Positions 25,527 through 36,979 of a stretch of 64,000 bases of DNA are shown here, one piece after another. A program made the translations under genes and the position numbers. The stretch is taken from NCBI GenBank assembly GCA_963835675.1, contig CAWIGH010000005.1, forward strand, positions 271,874 to 335,873, given 5' to 3'. Numbering within the stretch: position 1 is the stretch's first letter; the number at the start of each line of letters is the position of its first letter. This DNA comes from an uncultured Flavobacteriaceae bacterium (GTDB lineage Bacteria > Bacteroidota > Bacteroidia > Flavobacteriales > Flavobacteriaceae). The notes under the pieces were generated by a model. It saw only the letters and a program-made list of their open reading frames with translations, did no database searches and was not told the DNA's origin.

Positions 25527-26720
25527 TTAAAAATGAATATCAAATTGTAACCTGTACATTACTTCATTAGTGCCACCATCTATCGATAAATAACTAATAT
25601 CAGACTGCACTTTTAATTTATGCCCAACGATATATTTAGAGACACCCAAGGTGTATTGATTTTCTGCATCATTACCGGTAACGATCTTGTCTAATTCAAT
25701 ATTTGTATATCGACCGGAAATCTCCCAGTCATTATTAAATAAATAACCGGTTTGTAGATTTAATCCCCGACCAACTTGTACCTCATCTCCTGTAAGCGAT
25801 CCATTAGAATTTTTTGCATAAGGATCTTCAGCATCTCTGTCTGCATATTCTGCCATAAATGAAAAGCCTTTATACTTAAACATCGCATCAATAAACAAAG
25901 TATTAATATTGGTTTGGTAAAATCCTACATCATTCGTCATATAAGAGCCTTGGTTACTTCTGTTTTTAACGGCATTATTATTGTGGTCGTAAGTAACAGC
26001 AAGCGAATTTGGGTTTTTCTTCACGCTTTAAATCACTTCCAGAATAATCGCCATTGCTTGTAAATCTCCCAATGGAAGAAATTCTAAACGGCCGGTATAT
26101 TGATGCCCTCCTATGTTTCCACTGGTAATGTTTCTTCCCTCACCTTGAGCAATAGAGAATATTTCTCTCATAACAAAATGTATCAGATAAGTTAGAAATG
26201 TGTCTTAGTTGTATCCCCATATCACGATCAATATTAAAACGACTGTTTAATAGAGAACGATCTACTTGCTGAAGATTTCCCGATGAGATTACCCGTTCAA
26301 TGTTGCCTGGTAATTTTGTTTGCCCAAACCATAGTTCGAAATTTTCGGAAAAATTATATTTTATAACAGCATCTAAAATATATCTTGGGGCATTGCTGGT
26401 AAATTCGGAAGCTCCGGAGATATCCCGGTTTGAAAGTCCTAACTCCATTTTATATTTAAGTTTCGGAGAAAAAGCATATCCATCAAATTTTAAACGTGCT
26501 CTTCTTACTAAAAAGTTAGACTCACCGATTTACCGGCCCTTCTTCAAAATTTGCCAACGGCTAAAAATTGCATCCGAGCAGCAATTTTCATGGTATAGGT
26601 ACTATCCTTTCCCACCAGGTTAAAAAGGCCTTTGCCAAATTGAGGCGCATTTGTTTCCTGTGCGCTCATAGTGATGAACGTAAATAAAAATAAGGTGATA
26701 AGTGTTGCTTTAAATTTCAT
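25527..26720 (-). CDS. Phosphate-selective porin (OprO/OprP-like), fragmented by several indels
   Basis: MKFKATLITLFLFTFITMSAQ signal; FLVRRARLKFDG, LLNSRFNIDRDMG, C-terminal RLQFDIHF; shares Pho-box-like repeats with pstS. Confidence 0.8.
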
Positions 26721-26742
26721 GTGTTAATCATTTTTGTTGGTG

Positions 26743-26789
26743 CAAATAAAGTAACTGTATGTTAACTGAATGTTAAGCACGGGTAAACA
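26743..26789 (-). promoter_or_regulatory. Porin promoter with Pho-box-like 11-bp repeats
   Basis: AGTAACT 26750, GTTAACT 26761, GTTAAGC 26772, GTAAACA 26783; same GGTGCAAAT element and 18-bp offset as at pstS. Confidence 0.65.
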
Positions 26790-26910
26790 AATAGATAAGA
26801 TTTAGGTCATAATAATATGCTAAAGCCAATTTTTAAAGGGCTTAATCAATCTAAATTTATGGATAAATTCATCCATTTTCAAGACAATTTAAAAAAAATT
26901 AAAATAAAAC

Positions 26911-26942
26911 TTGCAAAAACGATAGTAATACTATTATATTTG
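26911..26942 (+). promoter_or_regulatory. Primary-sigma promoter with a palindromic operator
   Basis: TTG at 26911, TATATTTG at 26935-26942, ATAGTA-A-TACTAT at 26922-26934. Confidence 0.75.
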
Positions 26943-26962
26943 CAAGCTTTATAAGTAAAACT

Positions 26963-27631
26963 GTGAAAAACCTACATATTAATATCAACGTAAGTGACGC
27001 ATTGTATCTAAAAAATCCTGAATCGTCAGAATTGGGTAAAAGTATACTTAGCAATAGTATTTTATTGATAAACGAGCTGGGGTTTGAAACGTTTACTTTT
27101 AAAAAATTAGGAGAAAAAATGACTTCTCCAGAAAGTAGTATCTATAGGTATTTTGAAAATAAGCATATGCTTTTGTTGTATTTAACATGTTGGTATTGGA
27201 ACTGGTTAGAATATAAAATAGCCTTTGCAACAGCCAATATAGCATCACCATCGGTAAGGTTAGAAAAGGCATTGAATATTATTACGCAGAAAGTAACAGA
27301 AGACAGTAATTATACCCATATCAACGAAATACTTTTAAACGAAATAGTAATTTCTGAATCTATAAAAGCTTTTTATACCAAAGAAGTGGATAATGAAAAT
27401 GAAAAAGGTTTTTTTAAGGTATACATTAAATTGATAGACAGGGTAAGCGAAATGGTGCTGGATATGAATCCCTCATATAAATTTCCACATATGCTAATGT
27501 CTTCCGTCATAGAAGGTGTACATCAACAACGCTTTTTTGCAAAACATTTCCCAGTATTAATAGATGATAAAAAAAATGAAGACGTTGTGTCTTCTTTTTA
27601 TAACGATTTAGTTTTTAAAACAATTCAATAA
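26963..27631 (+). CDS. TetR/AcrR-family regulator
   Basis: GFETFTFKKLGEKMTSPESSIYRYFENK HTH. Confidence 0.88.
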   Translation: MKNLHININVSDALYLKNPESSELGKSILSNSILLINELGFETFTFKKLGEKMTSPESSIYRYFENKHMLLLYLTCWYWNWLEYKIAFATANIASPSVRLEKALNIITQKVTEDSNYTHINEILLNEIVISESIKAFYTKEVDNENEKGFFKVYIKLIDRVSEMVLDMNPSYKFPHMLMSSVIEGVHQQRFFAKHFPVLIDDKKNEDVVSSFYNDLVFKTIQ

Positions 27632-27637
27632 TAAATT

Positions 27638-29491
27638 ATGAAAAAATTATTTGATTTTACCCACTTCAAAGGAGATATGTTTGGCGGCATTACCGCTGGT
27701 ATTGTTGCATTACCATTTGCATTAGCCTTTGGGGTTAGCTCTGGTCTCGGACCAAGCGCCGGTCTATACGGAGCTATTTTTGTAAGTTTCTTTGCAGCAC
27801 TTTTTGGGGGTACAAACACCCAAATCTCCGGCCCAACAGCGCCAATGACTGCCGTAAGTATGGTGGTAATTGCAGGAATGGTTGCTGCTTTTGATGGTGA
27901 TGTATCTAAAGCATTACCGGCTATCTTAACGGTTTTTCTATTAGCAGGATTAATGCAAGTCGGGCTAGGATTTATAGGTCTTGGAAAATATATTAAATAT
28001 ATACCCTATCCTGTTGTTTCCGGGTTTATGACGGCTATTGGTGTTATTATACTAGTTACTCAGATATTACCCTCAGTTGGTTATTACCCTAAAGAAGATA
28101 CAGAATTTGTAACTCAATTTAAACCGCAGGCCGAAGAAATAATTTTAAATAATATCTTAAAAGAAGAAGCAGGTGAAGGTATTTTAGTGTTGGAAGACTT
28201 TCAAGAAACAGTAAATAGGGCAGAAAATATTTCACAAGAACAAATTTTAAAAGAATCTCAAACCTTGGCGAGTAAAGAAGCATCCGGGGTTTTAGGCGCT
28301 TTAAAAGTTTTGCCACGGGCATTGAGTAATATCAATTGGCTGGAATTGCTTTTAGCTTTGGGCACGATCATTATTATTTATGGATTTAAACGAATAACAA
28401 AAGCGGTGCCGAGTACTTTAGTGGCCTTATTGGTAATGTCTGGTATTGCCATTGGCTTTAAATTAAATTACAGACCTATTGAAGAAATACCAAGCGGATT
28501 GCCCATACCAAATTTAGAAATTTTTACCAGTTTTAGTCTGGGTAGTATCACCCCGTATATTTTTACAGCGCTAACCTTGGCACTTTTAGGAGCTATTGAC
28601 TCTTTGTTAACCTCTGTGGTTGCCGATAATATGACAAAAACAAAACACCAACCTAATAAAGAACTCATAGGTCAGGGAATTGGAAATAGTATTGGAGCAA
28701 TATTTGGAGGTATCCCGGGAGCCGGAGCTACCATTAGAACGGTTGTAAATATTAATGCTGGTGGAAAAACCCGATTATCAGGTATGATGGCTGGTGTTTT
28801 ATTGTTGGTTATTCTATTGGCATTAGGGCCCGTAGCATCTCAAATTCCGGCAGCTGTTTTAGCAGGTATTTTAATTACAGTTGGTATTGGGGTTATGGAT
28901 TATAAAGGCTTAAAAGCGATTCCAGATATGCCTCGTGCAGAAGTTATTATTATGATTACCGTATTGGTTTTATCATCGGTATGGAATTTAGTATATGCCG
29001 TAGGTATTGGATTAGTAATTGCTTCATTAATGTTTATGAAAAAGATTGGAGATGTAACAGCCGAACATTCAAGTGTAGAATCGTTTGATAGATCAAAAGC
29101 CTGGCCCGATGAAGTTGATTTTCCCGAAAATTTAAAAGATAAAGTGTTTATTAAGCACATTAGAGGCCCATTATTCTTTGGTTCTACAAGTTATTTTCAA
29201 CAATTAGTGAATCAAATTCCCGATTCAACAACTACGATTATTATACGAATGGGAAGAATGCAATACATAGATCAGTCTGGTTTATATGCATTGGAAGATG
29301 TTTTGGTAGATTTAGTGAATGCAGGTAAAAAAGTATTGCTGGTTAAAATCGTAAATCAACCAAGGTATATGATGGAAAGTATTGATATCATACCAGATCT
29401 AATACCCGAAGACCAAATTTTTGAAAATTTCAGAGATTGTTTGGCATGGGTTAAAGAAGATGTTAAGACTGGAAGTTTAAAGTTAAAATAG
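27638..29491 (+). CDS. SulP/SLC26-family anion (likely bicarbonate) transporter with STAS domain
   Basis: GDMFGGITAGIVALP, GPTAP, NKELIGQG, GPLFFG, YIDQSG. Confidence 0.92.
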   Translation: MKKLFDFTHFKGDMFGGITAGIVALPFALAFGVSSGLGPSAGLYGAIFVSFFAALFGGTNTQISGPTAPMTAVSMVVIAGMVAAFDGDVSKALPAILTVFLLAGLMQVGLGFIGLGKYIKYIPYPVVSGFMTAIGVIILVTQILPSVGYYPKEDTEFVTQFKPQAEEIILNNILKEEAGEGILVLEDFQETVNRAENISQEQILKESQTLASKEASGVLGALKVLPRALSNINWLELLLALGTIIIIYGFKRITKAVPSTLVALLVMSGIAIGFKLNYRPIEEIPSGLPIPNLEIFTSFSLGSITPYIFTALTLALLGAIDSLLTSVVADNMTKTKHQPNKELIGQGIGNSIGAIFGGIPGAGATIRTVVNINAGGKTRLSGMMAGVLLLVILLALGPVASQIPAAVLAGILITVGIGVMDYKGLKAIPDMPRAEVIIMITVLVLSSVWNLVYAVGIGLVIASLMFMKKIGDVTAEHSSVESFDRSKAWPDEVDFPENLKDKVFIKHIRGPLFFGSTSYFQQLVNQIPDSTTTIIIRMGRMQYIDQSGLYALEDVLVDLVNAGKKVLLVKIVNQPRYMMESIDIIPDLIPEDQIFENFRDCLAWVKEDVKTGSLKLK

Positions 29492-29553
29492 AAGTTCTAA
29501 CAGTACAAATCCGATCATTTAAAAAAATAATTAACATTTAAAATAATAAAAAA

Positions 29554-30171
29554 ATGAAAGTACATACAAAGATCACACAAGCAAATTTAACACCACAATT
29601 GGCACATGAAATTTTAGTGGAAGGGAATGACCGTTTTGTAAAAAACGTGAAAGCGCAAAGAAACTTACAACAACAAGTGTTGGATACAAGTAAAGGACAA
29701 TACCCTTTTGCCGTAATACTAAGTTGTATAGATTCAAGGGTGCCTGCAGAACTTGTTTTTGACCAGGGGATAGGCGATATTTTTAGTGCAAGAGTTGCAG
29801 GAAATATTGTGAATGAAGATGTTTTAGGCTCCATGGAGTATGCCTGTAAAGTAGCGGGTTCTAAAATCGTAGTTGTGTTGGGTCATACAGGTTGTGGTGC
29901 GGTAACAGCAGCATGCAATCATGTTGAAATGGGCAATATAACTGCCTTGTTAAATAAAATACAACCAGCGGTTAAAAAAATTAAACCTAAAAGTAATACG
30001 TATACTGAAAAAGAAATTGAAGAGGTTGCCTCTTTAAATGTAAAATTAACGATAGAAAGAATTAGAAAAGAGAGTCCTATTTTAAATGAACTGGAAAAAA
30101 ACAATGAAATTGAAATTGTTGGTGCCAAATACAATTTAAAAACGGGTAAGGTTACATTTTTTGAAAGATGA
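29554..30171 (+). CDS. Beta-class carbonic anhydrase (cytoplasmic)
   Basis: SCIDSRVP, RVAGN, GHTGCGAV; no signal peptide. Confidence 0.93.
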   Translation: MKVHTKITQANLTPQLAHEILVEGNDRFVKNVKAQRNLQQQVLDTSKGQYPFAVILSCIDSRVPAELVFDQGIGDIFSARVAGNIVNEDVLGSMEYACKVAGSKIVVVLGHTGCGAVTAACNHVEMGNITALLNKIQPAVKKIKPKSNTYTEKEIEEVASLNVKLTIERIRKESPILNELEKNNEIEIVGAKYNLKTGKVTFFER

Positions 30172-30884
30172 TAAAAACGCATCTATTTGATAAAAGCCTT
30201 TTTCTATTATTGTTTCTTTTACCTGTTTCTATTTTTGCACAGCAAGAAAAAACAGGCAACTGGTTAATGTATTTCGGTACGAATAAAGTGAGTGATAAAT
30301 TCAGTATTCATACCGAAATACAATACAGAAACCATACCCTAACGCCAAATAATACAGAACAATTATTGTTGCGAACAGGTTTGAATTATCATTTTTCCGA
30401 TAAAGCATTCGCAACAGTAGGATACGCATATATTCCTTCTTATATTTTTGAATCAGAACAAAAAGCTCCCGAAATTGAAGAGCATCGTATTTGGCAACAG
30501 TTTATTTTAACAAATAAAATTGGAAGAGTAAAATTTGAACATAGGTATAGAATAGAACAGCGATTCATAAACCAAGAGTATAAAAACAGATTTCGTTATC
30601 GTCTAATGCTATTTGTACCATTAAATAAGCCAACAATTGAAAAGGGAAGTCTGTTTTTAGGACTCTACGACGAGGTTTTTATGAACTCAAAAGAGACTTT
30701 TTTTGACCGAAACAGATTATATGGAGCAATAGGATATCAGTTTAACAAAAATATAAGTGCACAGGCCGGTATGATGCATCAACAAGTGAATGATTTTGGG
30801 AAATGGTATTTACAAGTTGCTTTAGTTTTTAATACCGATTTAAGAAAGGTAGATAAACTAAATAGAAATGAACTCAATCATTAA
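30168..30884 (+). CDS. DUF2490-family outer-membrane protein
   Basis: GNWLMYFG, QLLLRTG, HRYRIEQRF, FDRNRLY. Confidence 0.85.
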   Translation: MIKTHLFDKSLFLLLFLLPVSIFAQQEKTGNWLMYFGTNKVSDKFSIHTEIQYRNHTLTPNNTEQLLLRTGLNYHFSDKAFATVGYAYIPSYIFESEQKAPEIEEHRIWQQFILTNKIGRVKFEHRYRIEQRFINQEYKNRFRYRLMLFVPLNKPTIEKGSLFLGLYDEVFMNSKETFFDRNRLYGAIGYQFNKNISAQAGMMHQQVNDFGKWYLQVALVFNTDLRKVDKLNRNELNH

Positions 30885-30959
30885 TGATTTACTATTAATT
30901 GAGTTTCTATAGAAATAAATATAATCACAAAAATTCATTTTTACAATTAAAAGAAAATA

Positions 30960-32429
30960 ATGCTTAAAAATTTCTTAGGGAATAGTCCTAAATGGTACAA
31001 ATACACAATAATAGGTTTTTTAATTTTTAATATAATATCTTATTTTGCGCTGGGCACATCAATAACTTCATGGATATTTATTGCTGAATTTATTTTTACG
31101 CTTGCAATGGCATTAAAATGTTATCCATTAATATCAGGTGGTTTATTGGCAATTCAAGCGCTGGCTTTAAAGCTTACAACTCCAAAAAATGCGTATCATG
31201 AAGTAGAACAGAACCTTGAAGTCATATTGCTATTAATGTTTATGGTAGCAGCCATTTACTTTATGAAACCCTTACTGATGTTTATTTTCAGTAAGGTTTT
31301 TACTAAGGTTAAATCAAAATTAGCATTGTCACTTTTATTTGTAATTCTTTCGGCCGTTCTTTCTGCGTTTTTAGATGCTTTAACGGTTACGGCTGTTTTA
31401 ATTAGTGTTGGCGTTGGTTTTTATGGTGTATATCATAAAATTCATTCAAGTGACCTTGATCTAGATATGGATGGAACGTTAGATCGAAAACAATTAAGTG
31501 GTGAAACCCTTGAACAATTTCGTAGCTTTCTAAGAAGCCTAATTATGCACGGAGTGGTTGGTACTGCTCTTGGTGGTGTAATGACATTAGTGGGCGAACC
31601 TCAAAACTTATTAATTGGCGAAAAAATGGGTTGGAACTTTATAGAGTTTTTTATGCAAATGAAGATTATAACCATCCCGGTTTTCTTTGCAGGATTATTA
31701 ACAACAATATTTCTTGAAAAAACTAAATTATTTGATTTTGGGGCGAAATTACCTGAAGTTGTTCGTACTATAATTGAGAATTATACCACACTAGAAGATG
31801 AAAAGCGTACTGAAAAAGAAAAGCACAGATTAATAGTGCAAGCTGTTGCTATGGTATTCTTAATTATAGGATTAGCATTGCACCTTGCACCTGTAGGATT
31901 TATAGGGTTAGCATTGATTATTTTTCAAACAGCATTTATGGGTATTACTGATGAGCATCATATTGGCCCGGCTTTTGAAGAAGCATTACCTTTTACCGCT
32001 TTATTAGTTGTGTTTTTTGTAATTGTAGCAATGATTCACGACCAACATTTGTTCAATCCAATTATAGAATATGCACTTTCTATGGAGCCTTCTACCCAAC
32101 CAGTAATGTTCTATATTGCAAATGGCATTTTATCTGCTATTAGCGATAATGTTTTCGTGGCCACTGTTTATATAAATGAAATTCAAGTGGCTTTTAATGC
32201 TGGTGAATTAACACGCTTGCAATATGAAAAATTAGCTATTGCTATTAATACGGGTACAAATTTACCGAGTGTCGCTACACCAAATGGACAAGCAGCATTT
32301 TTATTTTTATTAACGTCATCATTAGCACCTTTGATTAATCTATCTTATGGGAAAATGGTAAAAATGGCATTTCCTTATGCAATAGTATTAGGTGGAGTAG
32401 GTCTGCTATGTGTTATGTATTTGTTGTAA
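30960..32429 (+). CDS. nhaB: Na+/H+ antiporter NhaB
   Basis: [59 protein letters not shown]. Confidence 0.9.
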   Translation: MLKNFLGNSPKWYKYTIIGFLIFNIISYFALGTSITSWIFIAEFIFTLAMALKCYPLISGGLLAIQALALKLTTPKNAYHEVEQNLEVILLLMFMVAAIYFMKPLLMFIFSKVFTKVKSKLALSLLFVILSAVLSAFLDALTVTAVLISVGVGFYGVYHKIHSSDLDLDMDGTLDRKQLSGETLEQFRSFLRSLIMHGVVGTALGGVMTLVGEPQNLLIGEKMGWNFIEFFMQMKIITIPVFFAGLLTTIFLEKTKLFDFGAKLPEVVRTIIENYTTLEDEKRTEKEKHRLIVQAVAMVFLIIGLALHLAPVGFIGLALIIFQTAFMGITDEHHIGPAFEEALPFTALLVVFFVIVAMIHDQHLFNPIIEYALSMEPSTQPVMFYIANGILSAISDNVFVATVYINEIQVAFNAGELTRLQYEKLAIAINTGTNLPSVATPNGQAAFLFLLTSSLAPLINLSYGKMVKMAFPYAIVLGGVGLLCVMYLL

Positions 32430-32516
32430 AGCATTTAATGTTAATTGCGGATTTTGAATTTTAGTTTAGGTGATGAGAAAAAAATGTACATTGCGAAGTC
32501 ATAAATTAAAAGATAA

Positions 32517-33854
32517 ATGAACTGGCAACAATTACTCTCATTAAAACGTTTTGGAGACACAGAAAAAAGAATTCGAAAAGATCAAAATGAGACGAGAATT
32601 GGTTTTGAAGTTGATTATGACCGAATTATATTTTCCGATTCCTTTAGAAGTCTGCAAGATAAAACGCAGGTAGTACCGCTTTCAAAAACTGATTTTGTTC
32701 ATACAAGATTAACACACAGTTTAGAAGTTTCTGTTGTTGGACGTTCCTTAGGAAGAATTGTAGGAGCTGAGATCATAAAAAAGTATCCTGAATTAAAAGA
32801 ATTAGGCTATCATGCAAATGATTTTGGGGCCATTGTAGCAAGTGCATGCCTGGCCCATGATATTGGAAATCCCCCTTTTGGCCATAGCGGTGAAAAAGCC
32901 ATAGGAGAATTTTTTAAATCGGGTAACGGAATAAAATATCAAAGTAAATTATCTGATAAGCAATGGCAGGATCTTATTGATTTTGAAGGGAATGCCAATG
33001 GCTTCAGGATCCTCACAGAAAGCAGAAAAGGTATTGAGGGTGGTTTGAGAATGTCTTATGCAACGCTAGGTGCTTTTATGAAATACCCAAAAGAGTCTTT
33101 GCCTAAAAGACCTACGAGTCATATTAATGATAAGAAATACGGATTTTTTCAATCTGAAAAAGCAGTATTTGAGGATGTTGCGAATAATTTAGGTTTAAAA
33201 AAGATTAGAAAAGATGATATTTCTTTTGCGCGTCATCCATTGGCTTTTTTAGTCGAGGCGGCCGATGATATTTGTTATACTATTATTGACTTTGAAGATG
33301 GCATTAACCTTGGCCTGATAGAAGAAGAATTCGCACTCGAATACCTGATCAATTTAGTTCGAGATACCATTAATACCGAAAAATACTATCAATTAACTAC
33401 CAAACAAGACCGACTAGGTTACTTAAGGGCACTGGCCATTGGCAATTTGATCAATGAAGCCGCTAAGGTCTTTTTAGAAAATGAAAGCAAGATATTATCT
33501 GGAGATTATCATATATCATTATTGGATAAATGCAGATATGAAGCCCAGATTAATGATATTATTAAAATTAGTATAGATAAGGTTTATCGCAGTAAAGAAG
33601 TTATAGAAAAGGAGATATCGGGGTATAGGGTATTGGCAGATCTACTTGATGTATTTATAATTGCAGTTAATAACTCGCATGATGGCGCAGCATCGAATTA
33701 CGATACCTTAGTAATGAATCTGCTCCCGAAAAAATATCAAAATTTGGATAATAATTTATATCAAAGAATTTTATCGGTTTGTAATTTTATTGCAGGTATG
33801 TCAGACGGGGCAGCGATATTATTACATAAAAAGATAAATGGGATTGCACTTTAA
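32517..33854 (+). CDS. dgt: dNTP triphosphohydrolase (dGTPase)
   Basis: SLQDKTQV, HTRLTHSLEV, LAHDIGNPPFGHSGE, EAADDICY. Confidence 0.93.
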   Translation: MNWQQLLSLKRFGDTEKRIRKDQNETRIGFEVDYDRIIFSDSFRSLQDKTQVVPLSKTDFVHTRLTHSLEVSVVGRSLGRIVGAEIIKKYPELKELGYHANDFGAIVASACLAHDIGNPPFGHSGEKAIGEFFKSGNGIKYQSKLSDKQWQDLIDFEGNANGFRILTESRKGIEGGLRMSYATLGAFMKYPKESLPKRPTSHINDKKYGFFQSEKAVFEDVANNLGLKKIRKDDISFARHPLAFLVEAADDICYTIIDFEDGINLGLIEEEFALEYLINLVRDTINTEKYYQLTTKQDRLGYLRALAIGNLINEAAKVFLENESKILSGDYHISLLDKCRYEAQINDIIKISIDKVYRSKEVIEKEISGYRVLADLLDVFIIAVNNSHDGAASNYDTLVMNLLPKKYQNLDNNLYQRILSVCNFIAGMSDGAAILLHKKINGIAL

Positions 33855-33866
33855 AATTGATATTCT

Positions 33867-35069
33867 TTAGAAAACATATAGGATGCCGATACCCAAAAGC
33901 TGTTTTAACTGAACCCGGGCCCCGAGCGTTTCCAACTCACCGTCATTATTAATATCGTCTTTAAATTTAATGTCGTCGTCATAAATAAGATGTGCGCCAA
34001 CATTCGCCTTAATAAAATCATTAATGGTTAGAAAAAAATTGAGATCCCATTTAATATCAATATTTCCATACTTATTTAAATAATCAGAATACAAACTTAG
34101 ATCGTTGGTCATCATCACATTTTTAAAAAGTTCTTTATCCCAGGAAGTTTGAACCAGACTACCAAATTCGAGCCTCGACCGTTCTCCATTTTTTACACCA
34201 AAGGCACCGCTATTCGATAAAATGGCATCATGTACAAAAGTCGATTTTAAGGTAACTGGAGATAAATAAATCGTAAAATTATCGGGTTTGAGATCATAAT
34301 AAGCACCGGCACCTAAAAAGAGATAAGCCGGCGCAAAAAATCTGGAAATTGGGGTACTCGTATCAGGATATTTAAAACCATCTGTAAACTGCGTATTAAA
34401 ATTAAATCTGGCAGAGTAATACCAATTGCTTAAGGTATCTTTTCTATAACCGAAAGTTGAATTTACCTGCAGCTTATCATCGGTTTTTCTAAGGCCGATG
34501 TCTTGTTGTTGGTTAAGACCATACCGGGCAAAAATTTCATTTTTCCAAACCGTATGTATTTTTTTATACTCTCTTACCAATGATACTTTTATTAATCCCG
34601 AAATAGAATTATTACCCCCGGCATTCCAATTTACAAAGGCTGCTTCACTAATATCTAATCCAATACTATTTTTGTTCTTCCACCAAACAGGATCTTCGGC
34701 AAACTTGGCAGGTTTAATATTTAACTGTTTAATGGGGTTCAATATTTTTAGGGTATCAATGATCAAACGCCTTTTGGCATAGACTAGATTTTTAGCCTTG
34801 GGAATTGGGATATAGCCGGTATCTTTAGTAATCGAATTTACACGCATCCGAAAACGGGGACTATATTCGGTTTTGCCCGTAAGAGAATCATAACGAATGA
34901 CATAAAAAGGACGTAATAATGAGTCTTGCATCACTAAAACAGAATCCATTTTCTTAATGGTTAATGTAGTATCTAAAACCTTGGTAACTTGTATGCTATC
35001 AGTTACTTGAGAAAATGAATAAGTAAAATAGAATATTAATAAAAAAACGGTAAATACCTTTTTTTTCAT
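33867..35069 (-). CDS. DUF3078-family outer-membrane protein
   Basis: SEAAFVNWNAGGNNS, RKTDD, FAPAYLFLG, QLKQLLGIG. Confidence 0.82.
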   Translation of the reverse strand: MKKKVFTVFLLIFYFTYSFSQVTDSIQVTKVLDTTLTIKKMDSVLVMQDSLLRPFYVIRYDSLTGKTEYSPRFRMRVNSITKDTGYIPIPKAKNLVYAKRRLIIDTLKILNPIKQLNIKPAKFAEDPVWWKNKNSIGLDISEAAFVNWNAGGNNSISGLIKVSLVREYKKIHTVWKNEIFARYGLNQQQDIGLRKTDDKLQVNSTFGYRKDTLSNWYYSARFNFNTQFTDGFKYPDTSTPISRFFAPAYLFLGAGAYYDLKPDNFTIYLSPVTLKSTFVHDAILSNSGAFGVKNGERSRLEFGSLVQTSWDKELFKNVMMTNDLSLYSDYLNKYGNIDIKWDLNFFLTINDFIKANVGAHLIYDDDIKFKDDINNDGELETLGARVQLKQLLGIGILYVF

Positions 35070-35078
35070 ATGCTAAAA

Positions 35079-36855
35079 TTAAGCCCACGAAGATATTAAT
35101 TTTTTTATATTTTGAAAATCCAGGTCAATTGAAGTGAATAATTCAGCTGTTTTTCCATGTTCAATAAATTTGTCGGGAATTCCCAATCTTTTGATCGACT
35201 TATTTTGATAATGATGGTCTTGTGAAAACTCAAGCACAGCACTTCCGAATCCTCCAATAAGTGAACCATCCTCAATGGTTATTATTTTATTGAATTTTTT
35301 AAAGATGTGATGTAATAGTTCTTCATCTAATGGTTTTACAAAACGCATGTTATAATGAGCTATCCGTTCACTATTTTCAATTTCTTCACATAATTTAATT
35401 ATGGTATTCCCGATACTGCCTATGCTCAAAATCGCAATATCATCACCCTCCTTTATAATGTCACCTTTACCAATTTCCATTTTTGAAAAAGGAACACGCC
35501 AATGTTGTTTCACACCTATACCTCTGGGGTATCGAATGGCTATGGGATTTTCTATACCCAGCTGAACCGTATACATCATATTTCTAAGCTCAATTTCATT
35601 AAGCGGGGCAAATACGATCATATTGGGAATACAGCGCAAATAAGAAATGTCAAAAACCCCATGATGGGTAGCGCCGTCCTCACCTACCAATCCTGCACGG
35701 TCAAGGCAGAAAATGACGGGTAGTTTCTGTAAAGCAACATCATGAATTACCTGATCGTAAGCGCGTTGTAAAAATGTAGAATAGATGTTGCAAAAAGGTA
35801 TTAAACCTTGAGTGGCCATACCTGCAGCCAAAGTAACCGCATGTTGTTCGGCGATGCCGACATCGAATGCCCTGTCGGGAATTTCATCAATCATAAATTT
35901 CATAGAACTCCCTGTTGGCATAGCCGGGGTAATACCAACAATCTTCTTATTTTTCTTTGCCAATTCAACAAGGGTCAATCCAAATACGTCCTGGTATTTT
36001 GCAGGCTGCTTTATGGTGGCAGCTGGAATTAAGTCTCCTGTTTTTGCATCAAATTTACCGGGAGCATGATATTTAACCTGATCTTGTTCTGCCTTTGTGT
36101 AATCCTTTGCCCTTCGTTGTTATAATATGCAAAAAACGCGGACCCTTAACAGATTTTAATCGGGTTAATTCGGCTAATAGTGTCTTTATATCATGTCCAT
36201 CGATAGGGCCTGAGTAATCGAAATTCAATGCTTCTATTATATTTTTTTTTCGAACCCTTTTATCAGTCTTTATGTTCGTTAAGTAATTTTTTAAAGCTCC
36301 TACGCTTGGGTCTATACCCATGGCATTATCATTTAAAATGATCAATAAGTTGGCCTCAGAAACTCCTGCATGGTTTAAGCCTTCGAATGCCATACCGCTT
36401 GCAATACTGGCATCGCCAATAACCGCAATGTGATTTTTGTTTATATCACCTTTAATGTTTGATGCTATAGCCATACCCAAAGCGGCTGATATGGATGTTG
36501 AAGAATGGCCAACCCCGAAAGGATCATATATACTCTCTTCTCGTTTTGGAAAACCTGATATGCCTCCTAATCGCCTGTTGGTATCAAAAATATTTTTTCT
36601 TCCTGTGAGGATCTTATGGCCATAGGCCTGATGACCTACATCCCACACCAAAAGGTCGTTAGGTGTATCAAAAACATAATGCAAGGCAATAGTTAGTTCA
36701 ACAACACCTAAACTCGCTCCCAAATGCCCTTCTTTTACAGAGACAATATCAATGATAAATTCGCGCAATTCTTTCGCTAGTTGCGGGAGTTTTTCAGGTT
36801 CCAATTGGCGCAGGTCTTTTGGATCAGAAATATGGTCTAAAAGTTTATCAGGCAT
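35079..36855 (-). CDS. dxs: 1-deoxy-D-xylulose-5-phosphate synthase, split by one extra base near 36097
   Basis: GHLGASLG, WDVGHQAY, GDASIASG, DVGIAEQHAV; length 1777 = 1776+1; TACATTTG -7 box at 36860-36867 supports the 36855 start. Confidence 0.92.
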
Positions 36856-36979
36856 AATGCAAATGTACGAGTTGAAAATGACATGAATCATATAAATTTT
36901 AAAGGCGAAAATTATTTTCAACTCATAAAAAAGTTTATAGATTTATTTCTGAAATTGTATTTTTACTAAAAAAATAGCT

